NCBI GenBank assembly: GCA_030704615.1
Contig: CM060731.1
Span: 82,956,001 to 83,020,000, forward strand
Length of the DNA stretch: 64,000 nucleotides
Reading direction: 5' to 3'
Source of the DNA: Takakia lepidozioides
Lineage: Eukaryota; Plantae; Bryophyta
Positions 9,534 through 21,797 of this stretch are shown piece after piece (positions within the stretch are counted from its first letter, which is position 1; each line of letters opens with the position of its first letter). The notes beneath the pieces were generated by a model. It made no database searches. It saw nothing but the letters and a program-made list of their open reading frames with translations, and had not been told where the DNA came from. The position numbers were made by a program, and so were the translations under genes.

Positions 9534-12531
9534 TACCACCTGAAATCTGTCAGCATAAGATTGAACTGGAACCAGGGTCAGTACCAATCAAGCAGGCAAG
9601 GTACAGAATGAATCCCAACTACGCACAGAAGGTTGGAGAAGAGATCAAGAAGTTGGCTGAGGCTAAGTTTATATACCCAATAGAGTATACAACTTGGTTG
9701 TCACCCATTGTGATAGTTCCCAAGAAGAATGGTAAACTAAGAGTTTGTGTGAACTACAAGAAGCTGAATGCTTGTACGAAGAAAGATCCTTTCCCTTTGC
9801 CATTCACAGAAGCAGTATTGGACACTGTGGCAGGCCATGAGATGTACTCATTCATGGATGGCTTCAGTGGTTATAATCAAGTGCAAGTGGCAGAAGAAGA
9901 CCAAGGAAAGACAACTTTCATCACAGACTGGGGTGGTTATGCATACAAAGTCATGCCCTTTGGACTTTGTAATGCACCAGCAACCTTTCAGAGAGTGATA
10001 AGTGAATCTTTTCATGAGTATCTGGATGATTTCATGCAGGTGTTCTTGGATGATTTCAGTGTGTACAGCTCTAAGAATGAGCACTTGCATAAATTGGAGT
10101 TATGTCTGGCCAGATGCAGGATGAGAGGTCTGGGCCTGAATCCAGAGAAATGTACTTTCTGTGTGAACTCAGGCGTGCTTCTGGGACACATTGTGTATAA
10201 GAGGGACTTCTTGTGGATCCCAGGAAGACAGAGGCCATTAAAGCCTCTCCACCACCAACAAATGTTAAGTCTAAGGAGATTCCTTGGGCAAACCAGTTAT
10301 TACAGAAGATCTGTCAAAAGGTATGCACAAATAGCAGCACCATTGAGCAAGCTTCTGAAGAAAGATGCAGTGTTTGCATGGACAGCTGAATGTCAACAGG
10401 CTTTTGAGGAACTTACATTGTCAGTAACAACTACACCTGTGCTGAATAACCCTCACTGACATGTAGTATTCCATGTTCACTGTGATGCCTCAGGAGAAGC
10501 GTTGGGAGCGGTGTTAGCCCACAATGTTACAGGAAATATAGATTCACCTGTGTACTATGCTAGCAGGTTGATGAACAGTGCTGAAAGGAACTAGCACAAC
10601 TGAAAGAGAAGCACTGGCAATGATTTATGCAGTCAAGAAATTCAGACATTACCTATTGGGAAGAAAGTTTATGTTTTATGTGGATCACCAGGCTCTGATA
10701 TATCTGGTGAACAAACCTTTGATAAGTGGAAGGATAGCGAGGTGGTTAATAATCTTGCACGAGTTTGAATTCAAAGTTGTTTACAAGCCTGGCCGTTTGC
10801 ATCTTGTGGCAGATCATTTGTCACGCCTAACAACAGGAGAGGCCGCCACAGGAGTAGACGACCAATTACCTGATGCGAGTTTATTTGCAATGGAGGTGCA
10901 AGGAAGTGCAGATGAATGGTTAGATTGGCAGTGGCCAATCAGATACTACCTTAATCATGGTCAGTGCCCACCTAGTTATGGTAAGGAGCAGAGGAAGAGA
11001 ATCGCTATCAAGGCTTTACCTTATACTATGGTAGGGGGCAGAATGTATAAGCTAGGACCTGATGGAGTACTTAAACGATGCTTGTACCCAGGAAGTTCAT
11101 AAAGGAGTGGCTGGAGGACATTTTGGAGAAGAGACTACCAGTAGGAAGATACTACTTGCAGGTTACTGGTGGCCTACTTTGTTCAAGGATGTACACAAGT
11201 ATTGTCAGAGTTGTGATGAATGTCAGATGCTAGGACCTTTGCAGAGATCTGGGAAGATGGCTTTGCATCCTACGATGCCTACTGAACCATTTCAGAAATG
11301 GGGACTAGACTTTGTTGGACCAATTAACCCACCGGCCAAGAATACACAGAACAAGTACATAATTACCGCCACTGATTATACTACGAAGTGGGTGGAAGCT
11401 AAAGCTTTGAGGGACAATACAGCCAGGTCCACAGCAAGGTTCCTGTATGAGAACATACTTACACGATTTGGCTGTCCCTTGGAATTTATCAGTGATCGGG
11501 GAAGTCACTTCATTAATGAGACCATTGAATTATTGACTAAAGAGTTCATGATTGTGCATAGGAAAATTACAACATATTACCCACAGGGTAATGGTCAGGC
11601 AGAGGCTACCAACAAAATACTATGTACTATCTTGGCTAAGATAATCAATGCAAACAGAACGGATTGGGATACAAAGCTGCTGACAGCTTTGCGATCATAC
11701 ATGACTTCATATAAAGTCACCACTAAGTATACACCATTCCAATTAGTTTATGGTATGGAAGCTTTACTTCCAGTGGAATTCCTGTTACCTACCATGAGAA
11801 CGGAATGGGGAAAGAGAATGGAATTGCAAGATTCAATTAAGGTCAGGAAACATGAATTATACCATGTGGAAGAAGTACGTGCTGATGCAGCTGATAACAT
11901 GACCAGAATTCAGATGAAGAGAAAGGAACAGTTTGATGAAGGCAAGATAAAGACTTTTAAGACGGGAGATTTGGTTCTCTGGTTGCAGAAGAAGGGAAAG
12001 ATTAAAGCTTATAAGCTTAAATCACCATGGAAAGGACCTTACATCATACAGAAGATGTATGATAACAACACCGCCATGTTACAAACCATTAACAAAGAGA
12101 TGCTGGGAAGAGTCAATGCCAATAAGTTGAAGGGGTACAGTGGTATCCATGACAAACCATTGCAGCATGATTTGCATGTTGAAACGCAAAAGCAGTCACG
12201 GGCTGCGCCAGTGATACCAACGGAGTATGGAGCACTTGTCGCTAAGCCGAGCATATATAACCAGGGCGGGCAGAACAAAAGCGACACAGCCTATCACAGC
12301 CCAGCACGGCGCAATACAGCCTATCACAAATTACCACAGCGTGTCACAGCCTATCACAGCTTACCACAGTGCAACACAGCCTATCACAGCCCAACAAGGC
12401 GCGACACAGCCTATCAGTGCAATACAGCCTATCACAAACTACCACAGCGTGTCACAGCCTATCACACACAGTACAGTATGACACAGCCTGTCACAGCTCA
12501 ACACAGCCTACTAGGGTTACACAATCCATAG
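9534..12531 (+). pseudogene. pol (RT-RNase H-integrase) of copy 2; the integrase frame reads through the minisatellite
   Basis: ORFs 9311-10459, 10578-11102 and 11062-12531 are near-identical to copy 1 pol, with a TAYHS-repeat tail. Confidence 0.93.
12281..12525 (+). repeat. Internal CACAG minisatellite of copy 2
   Basis: Repeated acagcctatcac units. Confidence 0.85.
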
Positions 12532-13231
12532 AATCAGTGACAGGTGGACGCAGATAACTTCAGGGAAATGGCCGGCGGAAGAAAGGACGGAAGCCAGTTT
12601 AGAAAGGGACACGTGGAAGGTAGGGCGCAACACACAGCTGAGAAGGAAGTGCAAGAACAGGTGTCATCAAGAAAGAGAACCAAAATGGCCGTCAAAATAC
12701 CTACTTAGCACGTCAATTCGGATGAATGGCGGGCCCATTAATGAATACGGAAAAAGGGCAACAGAACAAACGGCAAGTACAGAAACGCGAAATTCTTGTC
12801 ACATGTGTTATCCTAGTGGACAGTCCAGCAGGAAAGTCCACTAAAGAAAATTAAATCTAAAATCTAGTCACAGCGGTTACAGCCATCGAAAGCCAGAAAA
12901 GGGATCAAGAAATTGGAGGGAATTTAAGCGCAAGAGTCGGCGTCGTTCTAAGGAACGGGCGTCTCGACGGGACAAACCATCAATGCTATAGCTTTGAAGC
13001 TATGGAGGAACTAACAAACTATACGCTCGTAATATTACTTACGCAGTGGTATAGGGACGGAAGAACAAAGCGAATCGTTTCTCTTAATCTATGATTGCGA
13101 GCCCCTAGGCTTACAATAAATTACCCATAGCTTTTTGTGGCAACCATACGTTTATGCTTTGTGCCCTTCAGGCATTTCTTCAATTGTTACAGCCAAAATC
13201 TTTCTGTGGGTCTAGAATGAGAGAGTGAGAG

Positions 13232-16200
13232 GATGGAAGAAATCAGGTGAAGAGCACCACAATCTGCTGAAACAAACGATTGCTACTCCACGCGTTACAG
13301 TTACTGAAGGAGTAGTGCGATTGGAAGGATTGCAAAAGCATAGATTGGACATTGCACCCATAAACAGTACATGTTACAATTCTTGCAGAATTTGAGCCTA
13401 GGACGGAGCAACCACGGTGAAGGAGTTGAATTAGAAATTACTCCCCTATACTACACGCAATTGTTTTTCGATTGCCAGCAGGTCAGGTGCAATGTGGATG
13501 ATCACGGGCAAGACTTTCCAAATAGGGGACTTATTCCAAGAAGGGATTTTCTTTTAAAACTCAGGTTATGCTTGTACCAAGGCCCGTGTACCCAGGGCTA
13601 AGGGAGGTAGGCCAGGTATTGACCGTTCTGTTTGCCATGACACAGAACAACGTATTTTGAGCAGATCTTTCACAGAGGAAACTCAAAGCCCTGAGTGGAG
13701 AATAGGTAGAATGTTCGGACATAATGTACAACGCACTGATAAGGAGAGAAAGATTACAGGGCACTGCCGCTAAGTCCCTATCATAGTGTCTGGCCCAATC
13801 ATTGCTCAAATAATTCTTGATTCTGGCATACTTATGCTCGAGAAAGAAAGGAGATGGAGTGTTTTTGAGACTAAAACCACTTGCAATGGAAGAGGCAATG
13901 CTCTTCACACAGTGAGGGTGGACGGGCAGGCAACCCCAGACTAAGAGACAAAGGCGGGGAAAGACTGTAGTGGCGGATCCACTGGCTTCAACGGAACCGC
14001 ATAATAATGTTTCCCAAGCTCTTGTGCAGGAAGGGGCACAACACACAAATAACTGCTATTATTGAAGCGGGACCTTCAGAGAGGGAAGAGGAAGTTACTT
14101 CAGTATACACAGCCATCACAGCCAGATGATCGGCTTGTCAAGAAGTTACCACAAGTTGTCCTGCAGTTCCACCATAAATAATTGATTTGAGAAAGAAGGG
14201 TTAGATATTCCCACTACAGAACAGGTGGTGGCAGAAATTGAGAAGGGCGACCTCTCTATGAATATTCCTGGTCCTGGTCAAGGACACGGTGATTCCCGGA
14301 GGTTGCAACGGTTGTACATGGGACACCCTGCGGTGCATATAATACACAACATGTGACGGAGGTACCCAGGTAGAATGTCAAGACACTGCAGACCCGGTGA
14401 GGATGAAGTGGTTCAGGAAGAAATCTAGTGGGGCAATGGCCTGAGTGGTTTCGTGATGCATCACCAACTGTGAGGATCAGGAGAAACAGCACAGCTCACC
14501 ATGATTACCCTCAACAGGCCATGCTTATGAGTTCCATAAGCATGACACTTAATTTGTTTGGGACTTATGTCAAATCACATGTTCCAACTACCCAATTGGC
14601 AGCTTTGCGGGGAGGAACTCAGGAAGATTTTGAGGCTCGACTTGCCACTGAGTGTGCAAACAAGGTCGATAAGAGGTCACTCTCAAGATGCAGCAAGACT
14701 TGGAGAGTACAGAAGCGGCGTTGAATTGGCCAGGAACAATTATTGAGCAGGCCTCGCGCAAGACCAGTTGCACGAAGCACATAAGCAATAGCTATAAACC
14801 AAATGCAGGTGAAGCATGAAAGCAAGTTGCAAGAAGTGAATGCACTACATACGGAGTTGTAGACAGTGCAAGACAAAAGGCCATACAATGCGCTACACCC
14901 ACTCACACTATGCTTGACCAAGCTAGAAATAAACAGTTAAGCGGAAAGATGTACGAAAGCAGAGACAGAGAATGTTGAGCAATTGAAACTCATTGTCGAT
15001 AATGAAATACAATCTCTCGCATGAAATACTTTCAAACAATACAGGCAGTTTGAAGCTGACCAGAGAGGTACATCCTGGAGTGCCAAAACGCTCATGGTAA
15101 ATAGAAATGAACTCTCTGTGGCTAACAAGGCTTGTAAGGAAGCCAATAATCTGGCTGCTTCTGCCTATGCGAGTTTGGTTGAACCTCATGCGCAGCGCAT
15201 GGAGGCTTTACAACAGCAGATAGATGTGTACAGGCTCACAGAGAGAAAACTCTAAGGGGTGCCACAAGCAACTTGGTGGATAACCACCCTTATGTAGGTC
15301 TGGTTAACACAGGGCCGATAGAGGGCAAAGCACCAAGAAACTCACCCAAAGCGAGAATGAATGAGCTCAGACTGCAAGTGCAGAACATGCCACAACTACT
15401 ATACACAATGTCTATAGTAGGAAGCATAAAAGAAGTTACAGGATGATGTAACGCCTGCAGACTCAAGTGGAGGATCTCACTTCAAATATCGACAAAAGAG
15501 TCTGTATACCTGAGGAACAGCTATTGGCTTCTTATTTACAAGCGAGAACTTTAGCTTTTCAGTCTTCTTTCACAGGGGGTGCAGGAGATGCCAATGGTAC
15601 AAGAACCAGTGCCACAACACCACAACAAGTCACTGTGGGCCAGTAGCTGACCCTGTTTTTTACTACACGCCACACCCACAACCACCACCACAGCCTGAGG
15701 AATGGGGGAACGCTGCTTTTACACCCACCTAAAACTCCAGCTGCAAGGGAGTACAGTCGGGCCTAATGATTATGCCCTTCAACCAAATTCCCATTGTGTT
15801 GGATTTGGCTTGGAAAGAATTTAGTCCTCCGCAGTCATTGGCACATTACTATCAAATCATGCGCATTTGACTGCCAGTGGCCACTAGGACTAAAGTTCTC
15901 TTCCGAACAATCGACCAATGGAGGATCATCACTTTGCGCAGTACTGGCATGAGGCAAGTACCATGTTGAAGGAATTAATTGCCTTCCAAGTTGTACATGG
16001 ATTTCATTTATACCAAGACCAAAGAGATAACAAGTATTGTCATGGGCTGCGGGTTATACTACGCTGCTTGTTTTCTGGTACGTTATCACATTGAGCAACA
16101 GAAGATGCAAACGCGCTTTCCTGAATTATTCAGTAGGGATCATTGGGTCTTACCTTCAGTGCCACTCATATGTACCTATATGAGGCAAAAGTTATGATGC

Positions 16201-16772
16201 AAAATGATTCTCAGATTCGTTCATGGTTTCATGCGGCCTGGAACAATTTGTCAACACAGAAATTTGGGCCTGACGATATTTTCTTTAAGGGACATGAGAC
16301 ATGGAAATATTTGCACAATTCACAAGTCATTGTACAAACAACCACTCACCTGGACAGACAAGGAGCTCAGGGTCTTCACCAATTTTGCAATTCAGCGCTT
16401 ACAACAAGTTTTACAATTTAAACTTCCAGACATGGTGGGACAACATTGTATGCCCCAGAGAATTCCAGTTAAAGTTTGACAGTTAAAACACCTCAGGGGG
16501 GACGAGGATTCTGATACAACTGTTTCTTTAGCGGACCCTTTTGACATGGCAGAGGACTATGCAATTCAGAGGGCAGAGAAGAAGAGACGGGGTCTCCTAT
16601 GCCTGAAAGATTACCTCGATATCAGCCTCCAGAGGGACTGACATATCCAGGTAGTGTTCAATCATCTCCCTCAACCAGTGACAGAACACGGGCTCGCACA
16701 CGGAGTCCTTTACGAGACTCTAACCGTCAGAAGGGTGCTCGCTCACAAAGGGTTACAAATCCCAAACAGTAA
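13232..16772 (+). pseudogene. Extra 3' ORF of copy 2, heavily indel-disrupted
   Basis: Collinear peptides (MLMSSIS...YVKSHVP, MGCGLYYAACF, KFGPDDIFFKGHE) and a TAA at 16770-16772 just before the PPT. The start position is approximate. Confidence 0.75.
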
Positions 16773-16810
16773 ACCGTGATGACACGGCTTTTTGAGAGGG
16801 TAAGGGGTAA

Positions 16811-17364
16811 TGTTAGAGGACTGTCTGGGACTTAGGCACTTTTACGGAATCTGTGGGGTACCCTTAATTTTTGCACAGGCTGAGACCAACAGGAGCCTTA
16901 GGGGTGACATCAGCGCACTTTAGAAGGGGGTTACACAGCCCGTCACAGTCCGACACAGCCCCTCACAGCCAACACAGCTCGTCCACAGTCCAACACAGCC
17001 CGTCACACAGCTTCGCACAGCCGACACAGCCCGACACAGCCAACACATTCCCGTCACAGCCACACAGCCAGTCACAGCCCGACACAGCCCAACAAGTCGC
17101 AGAGCCAGTCACAGCCCGACACAGCCGTCACACAGCCGGTCACAGTTTCACACAGCCAGTCACAGCTTGACATAGCTGTCACGACCATAGGGAACGGATA
17201 CAACAGGACAGGGACGACTGTGGGGAACAACATCTGCGAATGGAACATGTTAGTTCACGGATGACGGTTAGTGAGGGAAACGGTTAGAACAACGGATAGG
17301 AAGATAAAGCTAGGAGCAAAGACTGGAAAAGGATCAATTCTGGGGGATCACTTCTTGGGGGGAT
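16811..17364 (+). repeat. 3' LTR of copy 2 (3'-truncated)
   Basis: PPT followed by TGTTAGAGG, with a CACAG array at about 16933-17180. Confidence 0.88.
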
Positions 17365-18142
17365 CATGCATTCATTTCACAGCTTCACTCATGTCTCTCT
17401 ACACAGTGTGCTTGTATCGAATAAGTATTAGATTACGATTTATCAGGTACTAGGCCAATGTCAAGTGACTCTAATCCACCCTAAAGTATCACTACACAAC
17501 AGTCTCGCATGAATTAAAGCATCTACTGTCATCTCTTCTCCTACTCCGTGCTCTCGTTCTTGCTCTCCGCCTGATCTCCTCTCCTCCATGACCCTCAAGC
17601 GCTCCCCCGTGAAGTGTCCTTTCTTTCCGTTGCCGCTCTCCTTATCTGCCCCCCAAGCTGTTCTAACCACCTAACTAATTAACCGTTATCCCCGAAGTAT
17701 CACGTTCCTTCTGCAGATGTCGTTCCCTCACAGTCGTTCCCTGCCATTGATAACTGTTCCCCATGTACTGTGACAGGTTGTGTCAAGCTGTGTCGGCTGT
17801 GTTGGATGTGACGGGCTGTGACTGGCTGTGTCGGGCTTGTTGCTGTGACGGACTGTGTCGGCTGTGCGAAGCTGTGTCAGGCTGTGTGGGCTGTGACTGG
17901 CTGTGACGGACTGTGGTCGGCTGTGCGAAGCTGTGTCAGGCTGTGTCAGCTGTGATTGGCTATGACGGACTGTGTCGGGCTGTGTCTGGCTGTGATGGGC
18001 TGTGTCGGGCTGTGTAAAACCCCCCCCCCCTAAAGTGCGCTGCTTTCACCCCTAAGGCTCCTGTTGGTCTCAGTCTGCGCAAAAATTAAGGGTATCCCAC
18101 AGAACCCGTAAAAGCGTCTAAGTCCCAAGCAGCCCTCTAACA
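17365..18142 (-). repeat. Family A LTR (3'-truncated), probable 5' LTR of copy 1
   Basis: TGTTAGAGGG at 18142 with no PPT. Homologous to 18816-19556. The first about 110 bp are nearly identical to 170-282. Confidence 0.85.
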
Positions 18143-18686
18143 TCGACTCCCTAAACATTATCAGGTTCAGCATTCCCAACCAAGTTATCCCCAACCTGAA
18201 CAAATGGCTGCAAGGATTGGCCATCCCCACCAAACTCAACCTCATCATCCGAAGCTTCAAGGATAGTCTGGCGCACACTTACAAGGTCTCTTGGTTGAAG
18301 CTTCATAGGTTTCCAGGGATTGACATGTGAGGCATTCTGACATTTCAGGAAATGTCCATCCAAACATGAAGCGCAAAAGCAAGACAAGTCTCTTGTCTTT
18401 ATGTTAGTAGGATTGATAAGATCACTTGCATAAACACTATGCATGCTCTGACTTCCCTTGACAGTGCTGCAGTCCCACCGCTTTTCCCGCTCAACATCAT
18501 CGTGACCAACATCCCAAAAAACCCTGCGAACTTCCGACCTTGCCTTTGAGTAGGAAGAGGAAGGCCTATCTCCTCCCAACTGTCGAGCGCTTTTACTCAC
18601 CCATCCCTTTGCTATCCGAGGTGGAAACTCCAAAATAGAAGAGTTGGATATCTCTAAGCACTCAGCCCGCTCAGAATAATCAGTCA
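18143..18686 (-). pseudogene. DNA-transposon transposase C-terminal fragment, Sola2-like (tentative), sandwiched between two LTRs
   Basis: Open 178-aa frame with TVKGSQSMHSV...RDLSCFCASC...C motifs recalled from Sola2-type transposase C-termini. The catalytic core is not present. Confidence 0.4.
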
Positions 18687-21600
18687 TGACCTACAGCTAG
18701 TGAATCATGGTTGTGCTTCCTATTTGTATTTCTTCTTGCCTTCATGTTAGCAATTTACCTTATTGTGTATACTGAAGCATCAGTTTGCTTCAGTATCTAC
18801 CAGGTTCCATTCACTCATCCATTCATTCCACAGCTTCACTCATGTCTCTCTACACAGTGTGATTGTATCGACTAAGTATCTGATTATGATTTATCAGGTA
18901 TCAAGACAATGCCTTGGTGTCTCCAATCTGCCCTACATTATCACTACAGCTTTGCATGTAACAAGCATCTATTGTTCATCTTTCCTCCTTCACCGTGCTC
19001 TCCATCCTTGCTCCCGTTCTTGCTCTCCGCCTGATCTCCTCTCATGCATGACCAAGAAACGCTCCCCGTGAAGTGATCCCCTCCCTGGTGCTGCTCTGCC
19101 TAATCTACCTGCAAGCTGTTCCAACCGCCTAACTAACTAACTGTCACCCCTGAAGTAACACGTTCCCTCTGTAGATGTCGTTCCTACACAGTAGTTCCCT
19201 GCTAATGATAACCGTTCCCTTCGTGCGTTGTGACGGGCTGAAACTGTGTTGGGCTGTGACTGTGCCGAACTGTGACTGGCTGTGTAAAGCTATGTCGGGC
19301 TGTGACTGGCTGTGAAAAACTGTGTCGGGCTGTGATAAGCTGTGATAGACTGTGACGGGCTGTGTCGGGCTGTAATAAGTTGTGATAGACTGTGACGGGT
19401 TGTGTCGGGCTGTGATAACTCATGACTTGACTGTGTGAGCCTGTCTACCACCCCTAAACCTGTGTGGCCTAAGTCTACCATCTGTAAGTCTGCGCAAAAT
19501 TAAGGGTACCCCACAGAACCCGTAAAAGCATCTAAGTCCCAAACAGCCCTCTAACATTACCCCTCCCCCTCTCAAAAAGCCGTGTCCTCACGCTTTACTG
19601 CTTAGGATCAGCAAACCTTTGTGAGCAAGCACCCTTCTGACGGTGCGAGTCTCTTGAAGGGCTCTGTGTGCGAGCTCAAGCCCTGTCACTAGCTGATGGA
19701 GGTGATTGATCACCAAATGGAAATGTCTGACCCGCCTATGGTTGATAACGAAGTGACCTCTCAGGCATAGGAGATCCCCGTCGTTTCTTCTCTGCCATCT
19801 GGAGTGCATAGTCCTCCGCCATGTCAAAAGGTTCCTCTGAAGAACCAGTAGTATCAGAATCATCTTCCTCCCTGAGGTGTTTTGGCGGCCGATAACTTTA
19901 AGTGGCTCCTCCGGAATCCTGCGTGGCATACAATGTTGGCCCACCGTGTTTGGAAGCTTAAACTGTACTACTTGCTGTAAACGCTTGCAAGCAAAATGAG
20001 TGAACTCCCTGAACTCCTTGGCCGTATAGGTGAGAGGTGTGCCAATGACTTTGGAACAGTGTAAGTATTTCCAAGCTTCATGTCCCTTATAGAAAATATC
20101 ATCAGGGCCCAATTTTTCTTTGACCAAGTTGTTCCAAGCCAAATTAAACCATGAACAAAGCTGGGAATCCTTCTGCATCATGACTTTCGCATCATAGAGA
20201 TACATATGGGGCGGAACTGAAGGTAAGACCCAATGATCCCCACTGGAATAACTCAGAAATTGTGATTGCATCTTCTGCTGCTCAATGTGATAACGTGCCA
20301 TGAAACAAGTAGCATAGTACAATCCACAGCCCATGACAATACTAGATACCTCCTTGGTCTTGGTGTAGATGTACCCATGAACAACCTGGAAGACAATTAA
20401 TTCCTTCAGCATGGTGCTTGCCTCAGACCAGTACCTTGCAAAATGATGATCCTCAATGGGTTGATTGTTCGGAAGAACCTTAGTCCGAGTTGCCACTGGC
20501 AACCAAATGCGCATGATCTGGTAATAATGTGCCAAAGATTGTGGAGGACTGAATTCCTTCCAAGCCAAATCCATCACAATGGGAATTTGGTTGAAGGGCA
20601 TAATCATAGCCCGATTGTACTCCCGCGCAGTAGGAGTTCTAGGTGGGTTGAAAGCAGCATCCCCCCAAACCTCAGACGGGCCTCAGACTGTGGCGGCGCC
20701 ATGGTATCAACAGCGTCAGCCACCTGCACAGCCACCTGCTGTAGAGGTTGTGATATTGCCACCGCTGTCCCTCCTACTACTGGCAACTCTTGCACCTCCT
20801 GTGATGAAGACTGGAAAATCAGAGTCCTGGCATGCAAATAAGTAGCCACCAACTGCTCCTCAGGAACAAAGACTCTTTTGTCAATATTGGAACTCAAGTC
20901 ATCCACTTGAGTTTACAGGCCTTCCACATCATCCTGTAATTCCGCTATCGTACTATAAACATTGTCTATAGTAGTTGTGGCAATGTTCTGCACCTGCAAT
21001 CTAAGATCATTCATCTCCCCCTAAGTGAGCTTTCGTGGTGCCTTCCCTTCTACCGGCCTTTGTGTTAACCATACTTGCATAAGATGATTATCCACCAAGT
21101 CCTGTGTAGCACCCCTGAGAGCCTGCTCCTCCTTGAGTCTGTACACATCTAACTGCTGCTGTAAAGCCTCCATGCGCTTTGCATGAGGTTCAACCAGGGC
21201 CGCATAGGCAGCAGCCAGATTATTGGCTTCCTTCCAAGCCTTGTTAGCCACAGAGAGTTCATTCTTGTGGCTCATGAGTGATTGCTTCAACTGTAGGATG
21301 AACCTTTCATTCTCAGCCTCAACCTGACAAACTGTTGGAAAGTATCCTCATTGCAACGGAGAGTAGCCTTCAGATCAACAATAAGTTTCCCCTGCTCTAC
21401 TGTCTCAGTTTCGGCCATCATACGTCTCTCTGCTTGTCTGTTTACTTCTAACGCAGTTTGCTCCAGAGCAGTTGTTAGTGTGGCACATTGTATGGTCATT
21501 CTCTGATGAACTGTCTCCAACTCTGTATGAAACACCTTCACTTCTTGCAATTTGCCCTCATGCTGCACCTGCAATTGGAATAGCTGCTGCTTATGTGCTT

Positions 21601-21797
21601 CATGCAATTTCCCCTGCTTCAGACCCGCTTCAATCAGATTCCCCTTTGCTAGCTGCAGGGCAGCCTTGGTGTCCTCCAATTCTTTCTGCAACTTGAGGTT
21701 GGCCTCCACATCCACCTTGTTTGCACACTCAGTGGCAATTCTAGCCTCAAACTCCTACTTGAGTTCCTCCCTCAAAGCTGCCAATTGTGTGGATGGA
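18687..21797 (-). mobile_element. Family A copy 3: complete 3' LTR (18687-19556), PPT and the 3' part of the extra ORF, cut at 21797 by a DNA transposon
   Basis: LTR runs TG...CA over about 870 bp, with PPT at 19557-19581. ORFs 19588-20607, 20604-20906, 21021-21290 and 21287-21715 are homologous to copy 1. Confidence 0.85.

Larger units (their letters stand above)
9534..17364 (+). mobile_element. Family A copy 2, truncated at both ends (start of RT to partial 3' LTR), inverted relative to copy 1
   Basis: Starts abruptly at PPEICQHKIELEPG (the reverse complement of about 7440-7483), then RT-RH-IN, repeat array, extra ORF, PPT and LTR. Confidence 0.9.
1..18142 (-). mobile_element. Ty3/gypsy LTR retrotransposon family A, copy 1 (3' LTR runs off the window; the 5' part is replaced by an inverted piece of copy 2)
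   Basis: Minus-strand order is gag-PR-RT-RH-IN, then an extra ORF, PPT and LTR. The LTR start at 18142 is nearly identical to the one at 282 and lacks a PPT, so it fits as the 5' LTR. Confidence 0.8.

Noticed and set aside
9311-9587. N-termini of ORFs 9311-10459 (+) and 8577-9587 (-) as real protein extensions
   Set aside because: Both cross the 9534 inversion junction, so the extensions are antisense read-through.
1-17364. Large inverted repeat as a pure sequencing fold-back artefact
   Set aside because: The arms differ by many substitutions, subtype-specific LTRs and large indels, so they are two distinct copies. The junctions still need read support.
16933-18015. CACAG/CTGTG arrays as a CRISPR array or telomeric repeat
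   Set aside because: The units are degenerate with no unique spacers, there are no cas genes, they are not TTTAGGG-like, and they lie inside LTRs.
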